Positions 24,845-32,570 of a stretch of 64,000 bases of DNA are shown here, in pieces (the stretch's first letter is position 1; the number at the start of each line of letters is the position of its first letter). The stretch lies in IMG/VR virus record IMGVR_UViG_3300044712_001255, positions 248,001 through 312,000 of that record; one strand, written 5' to 3'. The position numbers were made by a program, and so were the translations under genes. Below the pieces are notes generated by a model. It was not told the DNA's origin. It searched no databases and was given only the letters and a program-made list of their open reading frames with translations.

Positions 24845-24956
24845 CAACATCATAACACGACCAAATGGTGCCGGCAAAACCCCCGGAGTGCAAAATGTAG
24901 CTGTGGCAGGCGAATTGACGCCAAGGCGATAACATAGCAACGTGCGATGATGAAAT

Positions 24957-25028
24957 ACCGGGATAGCTCAGTGGTAGAGCGTCTCCCTTACAAGGAGAGT
25001 GTCGCAGGTTCGAGCCCTGTTCCCGGTA
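24957..25028 (+). tRNA. tRNA-Val(TAC)
   Basis: TCTCC-CTTACAA-GGAGA. Confidence 0.92.
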
Positions 25029-25029
25029 C

Positions 25030-25102
25030 GAGCGTCTGGTGTAGATGGTTCGCACAATACCCTGAAGACGTATGGGACTCGGTTCGATCCCGAGGGCGCT
25101 CG
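25030..25102 (+). tRNA. tRNA-Phe(GAA)
   Basis: Loop CTGAAGA. Confidence 0.8.
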
Positions 25103-25105
25103 CAA

Positions 25106-25179
25106 TCCCAAGTTGGTTAAGACGGATGAACGCGTGCCTGAAGAGCACGAGAGGGTGGTTCGATTCCACTGCTTGGGAC
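25106..25179 (+). tRNA. tRNA-Phe(GAA)
   Basis: CGTGC-CTGAAGA-GCACG; atypical D arm. Confidence 0.7.
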
Positions 25180-25206
25180 AATACGAGCAAGATATGTATG
25201 TTTGCT

Positions 25207-25812
25207 ATGTCTGGAGAGAAGAACGGCGTACGTATCAATTCATTAGCAGACGTTGAGGGACCATCGTCCTCCAACTGGCCGGCAAAGATACGCGCTAGTT
25301 CAGGAGAAAAGCTCAAAAATTGGGCCGCAGTGCTGATGGGCGTCGCGGCGCTTGTGACCGCTGGTGGCACATATATCAAGCCCGCGGATGACACAAAAAC
25401 ACGATCGACTTATGAAGAGATTCGACGCGAGATAGGCGAAATGTCGAAAGACATTAAGAATGTGTCGCAGGACGTTGAGTTCTTATACCAGGTGCGTATC
25501 TCTGATGAGAAACAACGACATGACGCGTTTGACAAAGAAGCAAAGATGCAGGAAGAGGAAGATTCATACATAGAGCAATTCCTTGCAAAGAAAAACGGAT
25601 CAAAAGCCGCGAAGGACTACATTGACAAGCGCAAGCTTGAACGTAAAAAGTTGCGTGTGTTGTTCAAGGTAAGTTCAGACAAACGTGAACTCGCACGCCC
25701 ACCGACTACGAGAAATCTTCCGTCGTATGACGCAGTTCCACAAACTTCGGCGAGTGCAGGCGCACCAAATACCAATGATGGTGGGTCAAGCAGGCCGAGT
25801 GTAAACAAGTAA
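25207..25812 (+). CDS. membrane-anchored coiled-coil protein
   Basis: TM WAAVLMGVAALVTAGG then helical region; start re-assigned downstream of tRNAs. Confidence 0.55.
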   Translation: MSGEKNGVRINSLADVEGPSSSNWPAKIRASSGEKLKNWAAVLMGVAALVTAGGTYIKPADDTKTRSTYEEIRREIGEMSKDIKNVSQDVEFLYQVRISDEKQRHDAFDKEAKMQEEEDSYIEQFLAKKNGSKAAKDYIDKRKLERKKLRVLFKVSSDKRELARPPTTRNLPSYDAVPQTSASAGAPNTNDGGSSRPSVNK

Positions 25813-25884
25813 CGCCAAGTGGTAGAACGATAATACATCCGGTTGCAACCCGGAAGATTGCAGGTTTAAGTCCTGTCTTGGCGT
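25813..25884 (+). tRNA. tRNA-Cys(GCA)
   Basis: TCCGG-TTGCAAC-CCGGA, U73. Confidence 0.85.
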
Positions 25885-25886
25885 CA

Positions 25887-26043
25887 GATCAAGTAACCAG
25901 ATCTTTTGATCCGATGTTGATAACGTAAGTCAACTTTTTGGCGGAACTGGCAGACGCGCCGGCCTAAGAAACTGGCATGATCATTTGAACAAAATTCTTG
26001 TGATCTATGTGGGTTCAAGTCCCACAAGAGAAGGTGAACGATC
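25887..26043 (+). ncRNA. tRNA mimic on AGUA/GAA helix, unit 1 (Leu AAG-like core)
   Basis: GATC-A-AGTA-ACC ... GGT-GAA-C-GATC enclosing D arm, loop CTAAGAA, long variable arm, T arm. Confidence 0.7.
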
Positions 26044-26047
26044 ATTT

Positions 26048-26119
26048 GCTGGAGTGGTGATAGTGGTAGCACAGTTGCTTGGTAAGCAACCTGCAGGGGT
26101 TCGATTCCCCTCCCCAGCA
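26048..26119 (+). tRNA. tRNA-Thr(GGT)
   Basis: GTTGC-TTGGTAA-GCAAC. Confidence 0.9.
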
Positions 26120-26121
26120 CA

Positions 26122-26212
26122 GAGCGCGGTAACTACGTTCGTTGTCATGGTTTGACAAGGAATTCTTTCAAAAATTCCTATTTTGGTTCGAATCCAAATA
26201 GGTGAAGCGCTC
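26122..26212 (+). ncRNA. tRNA mimic on GGUA/GAA helix, unit 2 (Glu-like core)
   Basis: GAGCGC-GGTA-ACT ... GGT-GAA-GCGCTC; D, anticodon-like (8-nt loop) and T arms. Confidence 0.7.
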
Positions 26213-26219
26213 AATCTTC

Positions 26220-26318
26220 AAACAAAAGTAACCTCACAAACGAAGTGTTGATAGTGACACAACTTGAGTTTAACAAGAAAAAGTAGGTGCAAGTCCTGCC
26301 GTGAAGGTGAAATTGTTT
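26220..26318 (+). ncRNA. tRNA mimic on AGUA/GAA helix, unit 3
   Basis: AAACAA-A-AGTA-ACC ... GGT-GAA-A-TTGTTT; loop AGTTTAA; T arm GTAGG/CCTGC. Confidence 0.7.
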
Positions 26319-26324
26319 CTTTTT

Positions 26325-26421
26325 CAACAAAGTAACTGTTTTCGTGTTGATTGATAATCATCTTAGCTTAAAACTAAGACAATCTGGTGAGACTCCAGAC
26401 TCGAGTTTAGGTGAAATGTTG
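26325..26421 (+). ncRNA. tRNA mimic on AGUA/GAA helix, unit 4
   Basis: CAACA-A-AGTA-ACT ... GGT-GAA-A-TGTTG; CTTAG-CTTAAAA-CTAAG; T arm TCTGG/CCAGA. Confidence 0.7.
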
Positions 26422-26428
26422 TACAAAC

Positions 26429-26505
26429 GTGATGAGTAACATACAATGTCAAGGTGACATCCACAAGATGTCATACGTGGTGCAAATCCCGGACGTGAAA
26501 ATCAT
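26429..26505 (+). ncRNA. reduced tRNA mimic on AGUA/GAA helix, unit 5
   Basis: GTGAT-G-AGTA-AC ... GT-GAA-A-ATCAT; GGTGCAAATCC T-loop-like. Confidence 0.55.
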
Positions 26506-26510
26506 ACGAT

Positions 26511-26581
26511 GCTGGTCTAGTATAGTGGCATTACAGCTGTTTCGTAAGCAGCCTACAGGGGTTCGATTCCCTTGACCAGCA
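26511..26581 (+). tRNA. tRNA-Thr(CGT)
   Basis: GCTGT-TTCGTAA-GCAGC. Confidence 0.88.
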
Positions 26582-26663
26582 CGATACTAAAAACACAGTA
26601 ACGAAAAAAAGCAATAAACGCTTTGAGAGATTATTGCTGAAGTGAAAATGAGAGTAGGTATCG
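26582..26663 (+). ncRNA. AGUA/GAA-type RNA without tRNA core, unit 6
   Basis: CGATACT/GGTATCG closing, AGTAAC 26597, GTGAA 26642, AGCAATAA/TTATTGCT hairpin; weaker flanking pairs. Confidence 0.4.
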
Positions 26664-26668
26664 ACGTC

Positions 26669-26741
26669 GCCCGTGTAGCTCAATTGGCAGAGCAAGCGCC
26701 CTGTAAGCGCGAGGTTAGGTGTTCGACTCACCTCATGGGCA
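26669..26741 (+). tRNA. tRNA-Thr(TGT), C33 variant
   Basis: Loop CCTGTAA. Confidence 0.82.
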
Positions 26742-26765
26742 TCAAGATCAACAATGATCTTTTAT

Positions 26766-26836
26766 GGACTGGAAGAGCAAACGGTTAGCCGACAGGTTGT
26801 GGCCCTGTCGTAGTGGGTTCGACTCCCGCCCAGCCC
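26766..26836 (+). tRNA. tRNA-His(GTG)
   Basis: ACAGG-TTGTGGC-CCTGT; atypical positions 8-9. Confidence 0.75.
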
Positions 26837-26838
26837 TC

Positions 26839-26921
26839 GCTGTCGTGGTGGAATTAGGCAGACACATCAGGTTGAGAGCCTGACGGTTTATACCATGCAG
26901 GTTCGACTCCTGTCGACAGCA
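26839..26921 (+). tRNA. tRNA-Leu(GAG)
   Basis: TCAGG-TTGAGAG-CCTGA, long variable arm. Confidence 0.92.
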
Positions 26922-26922
26922 C

Positions 26923-27006
26923 ACAACTGTGGCGGAATTGGCAGGCGCGCCAGACTTAGAATCTGGTGACCGCAAGGTCGTGGAGGTTCGATCCCTCTCA
27001 GTTGTA
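26923..27006 (+). tRNA. tRNA-Leu(TAG)
   Basis: CCAGA-CTTAGAA-TCTGG, long variable arm. Confidence 0.9.
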
Positions 27007-27014
27007 CGAGATAC

Positions 27015-27557
27015 ATGGCAAATCAATATTCTAAGTTTAAATGGGAAGATGAACGTCCATTTGAAGATCTGGGCCGAGTAAAACAACGTAACTTCCTAAT
27101 AAAAGAAGCGAATTTTAGTTGTTCTGCTTGCGGCTTCAATAAGTCAAGAGAAGACGGACGATCAATTTTAGAAATTCATCACATCGATGGGAATCATCAA
27201 AATAATGTTCGATCAAATTTGAAAGTGTTATGTCCAAATTGCCATGCCATGACGTTAAAATTCAGATTTTACGGAAAATCACATCTATCGTCAAAAGATC
27301 ATAGAGCTCGAACTATCAATAAAGAGCTCAGAATAAAACGTAAATTAGCGAGAGAACAACGCCAATCAAAAATTAGAGATCAGTTTTGTGAAACGATATT
27401 GTTATGTCATGAGACAAAAGAAATTGATTTCTCTAAATTTGGATGGGTATTACGTCTATCTGAGATGTTTGGCGTAACGCACCAAGCAATTGGTAGACGT
27501 ATAAGAAAATTGATGCCAGAATTCTACAATGATCATTGCTTCAAAAGGAAAGCATAA
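27015..27557 (+). CDS. HNH endonuclease
   Basis: CSAC...LEIHHIDGNHQNN..NLKVLCPNCH. Confidence 0.78.
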   Translation: MANQYSKFKWEDERPFEDLGRVKQRNFLIKEANFSCSACGFNKSREDGRSILEIHHIDGNHQNNVRSNLKVLCPNCHAMTLKFRFYGKSHLSSKDHRARTINKELRIKRKLAREQRQSKIRDQFCETILLCHETKEIDFSKFGWVLRLSEMFGVTHQAIGRRIRKLMPEFYNDHCFKRKA

Positions 27558-27562
27558 AATAC

Positions 27563-27642
27563 GGGACTCGCGGCTTATCCGGATGGTTTGCCGGAATCTG
27601 TCCTATGAACAGACGCCAATGGTTCAATTCCGACGAGTCCTA
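27563..27642 (+). tRNA. atypical tRNA-Ile(TAT)-like, C33, enlarged D loop
   Basis: TCTGT-CCTATGA-ACAGA; weak T stem. Confidence 0.5.
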
Positions 27643-27647
27643 CATAC

Positions 27648-27720
27648 ACCAACATGGCTGAGTGGTTGAGGCGCTCGCTTCATAAGCGAGTTTACGTGGG
27701 TTCGATTCTCACTGTTGGTA
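27648..27720 (+). tRNA. tRNA-Met/Ile2(CAT)
   Basis: CTCGC-TTCATAA-GCGAG. Confidence 0.85.
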
Positions 27721-27724
27721 CAAC

Positions 27725-28042
27725 ATGATAGCACAAAAAGCACGGTTGATGACTAAACTAGTCTCTCTATTGAGAAAGAAGTTGTTTGATAATTCACCTT
27801 TCATTGAAGAGGTGCTCACTCAACTCGACATATTGACTCTCGAGAGAGGCATCAAAGTATGCGTAGAAGATCAGTTGATCGTGGTGTATTTACCAAGCAA
27901 ACCGGGATTCAATCCAATTCCCGTCGCGGCTGGCGTGATGCACCAGGCTGACGTCATTTTTGAATATGAAGCTGGCACGGGACGCATTGTCAAGTGCCTC
28001 AAGCATCGTGAACGTAATCCAGAAGAATTCAATAACGTATGA
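27725..28042 (+). CDS. hypothetical protein
   Basis: 105-aa ORF coupled to next gene. Confidence 0.45.
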   Translation: MIAQKARLMTKLVSLLRKKLFDNSPFIEEVLTQLDILTLERGIKVCVEDQLIVVYLPSKPGFNPIPVAAGVMHQADVIFEYEAGTGRIVKCLKHRERNPEEFNNV

Positions 28043-28443
28043 AAATACTTGTTTGCGGCTCTAGACATTGGGATGACATCGAGACAATTGCGCGTGTGTT
28101 GGAGGGGTTACCCAAATCTGGTGTCACGATAATACATGGGGCGGCTCGAGGGGCTGACATGATAGCCGGAGAGGTGGCCAAGCAGTTTGGATGGAACGTA
28201 CGTGAATACCCGGCGCAGTGGGACAAACACGGTAAAGCTGCTGGACCTCTTAGGAATCAGCTCATGCTTGATCGTGAAAATCTACGAGACAATCCTATTG
28301 AACTGTGCATTGCATTTCATGATGAGTTGCACAAGCAAGAGGGCGGTACTTACGACATGGTGAGACGATCTGCAGCTCTTGGCATACCCGTTAGAAATGT
28401 GAGATCATCAAATGACTCAACAAATAACACGCTTCATCAATGA
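28039..28443 (+). CDS. SLOG-family protein (DUF2493/YspA-like)
   Basis: ILVCGSR, IIHGAARGAD, AAGPLRNQLM, AFH...GGT.DMV. Confidence 0.75.
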   Translation: MKILVCGSRHWDDIETIARVLEGLPKSGVTIIHGAARGADMIAGEVAKQFGWNVREYPAQWDKHGKAAGPLRNQLMLDRENLRDNPIELCIAFHDELHKQEGGTYDMVRRSAALGIPVRNVRSSNDSTNNTLHQ

Positions 28444-28876
28444 GTACGCATTTTTGAGCAGCTTTCATACGTCCACGGTGCGATGGGACGGTAGACTCTG
28501 GAAGTCGGTTGAACACGCGTATCAGGCAGCAAAGACGCTTGATGCCAAACAACGAGACATGATTCAGGCTGCAAAAACTCCTGGCGAAGCAAAGCGGATT
28601 GGGCAAGCTATCACGCTTCGACCTGATTGGGACGACGTAAAGTTGAACATCATGCGTGAATTGATTCATGAAAAGTTTATGAATCCTTTCCTGCGTCACA
28701 GGTTGCTTGAAACGGGTGAAGCAGAGTTGATTGAAATCAACTTTTGGAACGATAAATTTTGGGGCGTCTGTCGCGGTGAAGGAAAAAATCACTTAGGCAG
28801 AATTCTCATGGATGAGCGAGACAGCATACGAGAAGAATTGATCGCAGATAACACCACCGTGGAGGAACTTCGGTAG
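28412..28876 (+). CDS. NADAR family protein (YbiA-like)
   Basis: FLSSF, SVEHAYQAAK, AKRIG, LLETG, DKFWG, GKNHLGRILM. Confidence 0.85.
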   Translation: MTQQITRFINEYAFLSSFHTSTVRWDGRLWKSVEHAYQAAKTLDAKQRDMIQAAKTPGEAKRIGQAITLRPDWDDVKLNIMRELIHEKFMNPFLRHRLLETGEAELIEINFWNDKFWGVCRGEGKNHLGRILMDERDSIREELIADNTTVEELR

Positions 28877-28936
28877 ACTCGATAGACTCAGACTCTATTG
28901 TCGCAAGATGTGCAGGTTCGAATCCTGTCGGTGGTA
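28853..28936 (+). tRNA. tRNA-Leu(CAG), overlaps NADAR 3' end
   Basis: ATAGA-CTCAGAC-TCTAT, long variable arm. Confidence 0.85.
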
Positions 28937-28974
28937 CGAGTGTAGATACGTACAACATATTGTATCATGAGGTC

Positions 28975-29265
28975 ATGATGGAACAAGAAGACATGCAGAC
29001 GGTGAATGTGCCTGAGCGTCGACCTGACGCTGTCCTACTTGAGACTGGCGAGTTTGAAGTCGTTAGAAAGCTTCGCTCTCGCATCCTCGATCAACACGCC
29101 AAGATGTACCCGTGGGTGTATATCACCAGGGTTGGATACGGAGACGATGTGAAGTACGTCCTCTCGGTTGCGAATGGTTTCGGCGGAAAGCTGTCATCTA
29201 GCGAGCTTGAGAAGATTGCTGCCTCGGTCTCTGAAGAGCTGGAAAATCTCACGTTGCCTTCATAG
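28975..29265 (+). CDS. hypothetical protein
   Basis: ORF after promoter GTGTAG(28940)-17-TATCAT; stop inside tRNA-Arg. Confidence 0.5.
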   Translation: MMEQEDMQTVNVPERRPDAVLLETGEFEVVRKLRSRILDQHAKMYPWVYITRVGYGDDVKYVLSVANGFGGKLSSSELEKIAASVSEELENLTLPS

Positions 29266-29327
29266 TAAAACGGAAATAATGGTGCGCTTCGAACGCACAG
29301 TTCTAGGTTCGAATCCTAGTGAGGGCA
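29256..29327 (+). tRNA. tRNA-Arg(TCG)
   Basis: GTGCG-CTTCGAA-CGCAC. Confidence 0.85.
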
Positions 29328-29338
29328 CACCATTATTT

Positions 29339-29411
29339 CTCTTCGTAGTTCAGTGGATAGAACATCGCTTTCCTAAAGCGAATGTCATGTGTTCAAATCA
29401 CATCGAAGAGA
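29339..29411 (+). tRNA. tRNA-Arg(CCT)
   Basis: TCGCT-TTCCTAA-AGCGA. Confidence 0.9.
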
Positions 29412-29415
29412 CTAC

Positions 29416-29489
29416 GTCCCCATAGCTCAGCTGGATAGAGCGTCGGCCTTCTAAGCCGAATGTCGTAGGTTCGAATCCTACTGGGGATG
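29416..29489 (+). tRNA. tRNA-Arg(TCT)
   Basis: TCGGC-CTTCTAA-GCCGA. Confidence 0.93.
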
Positions 29490-29528
29490 CTAAGTGTAGA
29501 CGAACATAAAGTGTGGTAAGTTGAAATT

Positions 29529-29942
29529 ATGGAAACGTCAAATAGCAACATGGCGAACGTCATCATGGAAACTTGGACGGAATCCGAAAGCGGATGGGGC
29601 TGTCGTCCAGACGGATGTTCATTGCACCTCAATCTTGCTGATCTTGATGCTTACGTCAAGGAATATTGGGCAAAAATGCCTAAGGAAGTTCCGTATGAGT
29701 ATAGCACACCAGACGAAAGTCCTAAGTTGATTTCTATCCCAAGGGACAGTTCAGAATACAAACGCCTGTTGGAAACTTGCAATGGTGTTCGACTTTGTCA
29801 GGACGAAATCAATAAGCTACGTTATCCCAACGGGTGGAAACAAGGAGCACATGATGAAACAAACCCTCGCAAGATCGTTGATGATGTGTCTAGTAATGTT
29901 GTCACTCGTTCAACTGCTGACCAGCTGTTACGCAGAGTTTGA
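29529..29942 (+). CDS. hypothetical protein
   Basis: WTESESGWGCRPDG motif; promoter GTGTAG(29494)-17-TAAGTT. Confidence 0.5.
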   Translation: METSNSNMANVIMETWTESESGWGCRPDGCSLHLNLADLDAYVKEYWAKMPKEVPYEYSTPDESPKLISIPRDSSEYKRLLETCNGVRLCQDEINKLRYPNGWKQGAHDETNPRKIVDDVSSNVVTRSTADQLLRRV

Positions 29943-30065
29943 TTTTCCAATCAAGACTCCACGTACAGATCCTTGCACGTCAAAGACAGACGTGGCATAC
30001 GTGTACATCAATCCAACGTGTAGAAATCCTCGAATCATTGTTAGAAAGCCAGAATAGGAGAAAAC

Positions 30066-30305
30066 ATGGAAAAGAGTAAAAAGCAACAGGATATTGAAGG
30101 CAAGTTGGTGGCGTGGCGTAAGCTTACTCCCGCGGAGCAGCTCGCTGATTTGGACCGTCGCCTCGGTAAGGGCGTTGGCGCCGCAAAGCAGCGCGCTCGC
30201 ATTCAGGCAAAGCTCGATAAGCAGCCCGCCAAGGCTGAGGCGATTGCTACTGACGTTGTCAAGGAGCGTCCTCAGCGCCCGAAGCGGCAGAAGAAGGACA
30301 AGTGA
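30066..30305 (+). CDS. small basic hypothetical protein
   Basis: SD AGGAG; Lys/Arg-rich. Confidence 0.55.
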   Translation: MEKSKKQQDIEGKLVAWRKLTPAEQLADLDRRLGKGVGAAKQRARIQAKLDKQPAKAEAIATDVVKERPQRPKRQKKDK

Positions 30306-31363
30306 CAAATCGATCACTCACTGTCATTCAACAGGGTGCGCTTCGATGTGTCTCTTCTGAGGGATACAACTACACGTTTGATACCGAGACGGGTCGGTTT
30401 GCTCGATGGGGCAAGACTGCTAATGACGATCCCATCATGGCTCCACACCCAGAAATTGCAGATATTGAAGTAACCACTATCTGCGCTGGCGTTGGTGGAA
30501 AGCTGTGTGGGCACTGTTATAAGTCCAACACTCGCAGCGGATCGAACATGTCACTCGATACCTACAAGCGAGTTTTTGATCGCATCGCAGCGTCAGGCAC
30601 TCTCACGCAGGTTGCATTTGGCGCAGACAGCACTGGACGAGCAAATCCTGATCTCATTGAGATGATGAAATACACTCGTTCAAAGGGAGTTGTACCAAAC
30701 ATCACAATTGCCGACATTGATGACGACATGGCCCAGCAACTTGCAAGCGTTTGTGGTGCTGTGGCCGTGAGTCGATATGCTGACAAGAACTATTGCTATG
30801 ATTCTGTGGCGAGGTTGTCAGCAGCTGGTCTCAAGCAGATCAACATTCATTTGATGATCAGCCGCGAGACGTTTGATTGGGCATATGAGACGATCAAGGA
30901 CGTTCATTCTGATCCTCGACTAAAGGGGTTGAAGGCAGTAATCTTGCTGTCTCTCAAGCAAAAAGGTCGGGGAACTCGGTACAACACTCTCGTTCAGTCG
31001 CAGTTCGCAAAGCTTGTGCGAGAGTCCGTGGATTACAACGTTCAAATTGGATTTGACAGTTGCAGTTCATTGAAGTTCTTGAGAACACTCAAGAAGAATC
31101 ATCCGGATTACCCCCGCATCAAGCAGCAGGTCGAGCCGTGTGAAAGCACTCTGTTTTCAGTGTTTGTGAATCACAAGGGTGAGACTTTCCCGTGTTCCTT
31201 CACGGAAGGCACGCCAAATTGGGAAAGCGGAATTGATACACTTGCGTATGATGATTTCAATGATGTGTGGAATCACACCAGGATGCAAGACTTTAGGGCA
31301 AAATTGCTTGCGTCAGACAAGAATGAACATGAATGCCGAGAGTGCACGTTATTCAACGTGTGA
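30302..31363 (+). CDS. radical SAM protein with SPASM/twitch-like C-terminus
   Basis: CX7CX2C (CAGVGGKLCGHC), C..V..GETFPCSF, CREC. Confidence 0.85.
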   Translation: MTNRSLTVIQQGALRCVSSEGYNYTFDTETGRFARWGKTANDDPIMAPHPEIADIEVTTICAGVGGKLCGHCYKSNTRSGSNMSLDTYKRVFDRIAASGTLTQVAFGADSTGRANPDLIEMMKYTRSKGVVPNITIADIDDDMAQQLASVCGAVAVSRYADKNYCYDSVARLSAAGLKQINIHLMISRETFDWAYETIKDVHSDPRLKGLKAVILLSLKQKGRGTRYNTLVQSQFAKLVRESVDYNVQIGFDSCSSLKFLRTLKKNHPDYPRIKQQVEPCESTLFSVFVNHKGETFPCSFTEGTPNWESGIDTLAYDDFNDVWNHTRMQDFRAKLLASDKNEHECRECTLFNV

Positions 31364-31374
31364 AAGAAGGAAAA

Positions 31375-31911
31375 ATGAAGATTAGAGATGGTTTTGTAAG
31401 TAATAGCAGCTCAACGTCGTTCACTTGCTCAGTCACTGGCACAGTCCTCACGGGATATGACGGTGAATATGACGAAGCAATCTGTACTTGTCAGCATTGT
31501 GGTGCTGAATTTCTGGCGTCAGAGTTGTATACTCCCAAGCAACCCACTGAAGAATTTATGAAGATTGCTATTGCTGCTTCACGCAATGAATACGATGAAG
31601 ACGAAGACGACAATGTTGAGTCAAGCGCAATACCTGAGAAGCTGAGCGAACTTAAGAAAGCTTACAAGCTTGCAGTTGACAAGATCAAGTCTGGGAGTGG
31701 GAACACATACGTTCCAAAGGAAATGTGCCCAATTTGCACGCTTGATTACATTGATGATAATGATTTGCTTCATTATTTGATGGCAAAGACAGGCGTAGTT
31801 GACGTCTCTGAGATTTACGATGAGATCAAGGCAACTTTTCAGGACCATGATTTGTTGAAGAATTTTCTTGACACAATTGCAATCAAGAGGAGCAAGAAAG
31901 ATGAAGATTAG
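31375..31911 (+). CDS. MKIRDGFVSNSSSTSF-motif Cys-containing protein, paralog 1
   Basis: Conserved N-terminus plus three Cys pairs. Confidence 0.7.
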   Translation: MKIRDGFVSNSSSTSFTCSVTGTVLTGYDGEYDEAICTCQHCGAEFLASELYTPKQPTEEFMKIAIAASRNEYDEDEDDNVESSAIPEKLSELKKAYKLAVDKIKSGSGNTYVPKEMCPICTLDYIDDNDLLHYLMAKTGVVDVSEIYDEIKATFQDHDLLKNFLDTIAIKRSKKDED

Positions 31912-32437
31912 AGACGGATTTGTAAGTAATAGCAGCTCAACATCATTCACGTGTCAAATTTCCGGGCGTGCGTTAGCCGGTCGAGATGGTGAATATGAGG
32001 AAGGTACGTGTACGTGCATCAAATGTGGCACAGATTTTCTATCTCATTACGCACTTAAAGTTGACATTGATCAACTTTCTATTGCGCAAAAGCGTGACAT
32101 CTTGTCCGTAATGAATGAATCAAACTACGGCGGTGGCGCATTCGAAAATCTTGAAATTGACGATCCCAAGCAGATAATCAACGTGACGGATGATGTGATT
32201 ACGTCAACAATGATCGCCGTCAAGCAACAGATTGAAGATGGATATGAACACACCGACGTACACGAAGTTTTCTGTCCATGCTGCAATTTGACTCACATCA
32301 TTGATGCTGACGTAACTGATTATCTGATGGCAAAGTGCGGTTTCTTCACCAAAGATGCCGTACGAGATGAAATTCGTAGTGTTTTCAACTCACGAGAAAC
32401 ATTGCAAAACTTCACAAAGACAATGTTGCGTAAGTAA
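31901..32437 (+). CDS. MKIRDGFVSNSSSTSF-motif Cys-containing protein, paralog 2
   Basis: Identical first 17 aa to paralog 1, same Cys layout. Confidence 0.7.
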   Translation: MKIRDGFVSNSSSTSFTCQISGRALAGRDGEYEEGTCTCIKCGTDFLSHYALKVDIDQLSIAQKRDILSVMNESNYGGGAFENLEIDDPKQIINVTDDVITSTMIAVKQQIEDGYEHTDVHEVFCPCCNLTHIIDADVTDYLMAKCGFFTKDAVRDEIRSVFNSRETLQNFTKTMLRK

Positions 32438-32443
32438 CATTGA

Positions 32444-32517
32444 GTGCGGCGACTGTAGCTGGTGAAACTGCCTGCTCGACAAGCAGGATATGGTGGGTTC
32501 GATCCCCACGCTGCACA
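32444..32517 (+). tRNA. tRNA-Val(GAC), C33 variant
   Basis: CCTGC-TCGACAA-GCAGG. Confidence 0.75.
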
Positions 32518-32570
32518 CGGGAGTGTAACATACGCATCCGTTGGTATAGATTCAATAATCGGAGGTCTCA

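Noticed and set aside
25887-26663. CRISPR array
   Set aside because: Units share only 5-6-nt motifs, vary in length and fold as tRNA mimics; no 23-47-nt direct repeats or cas operon
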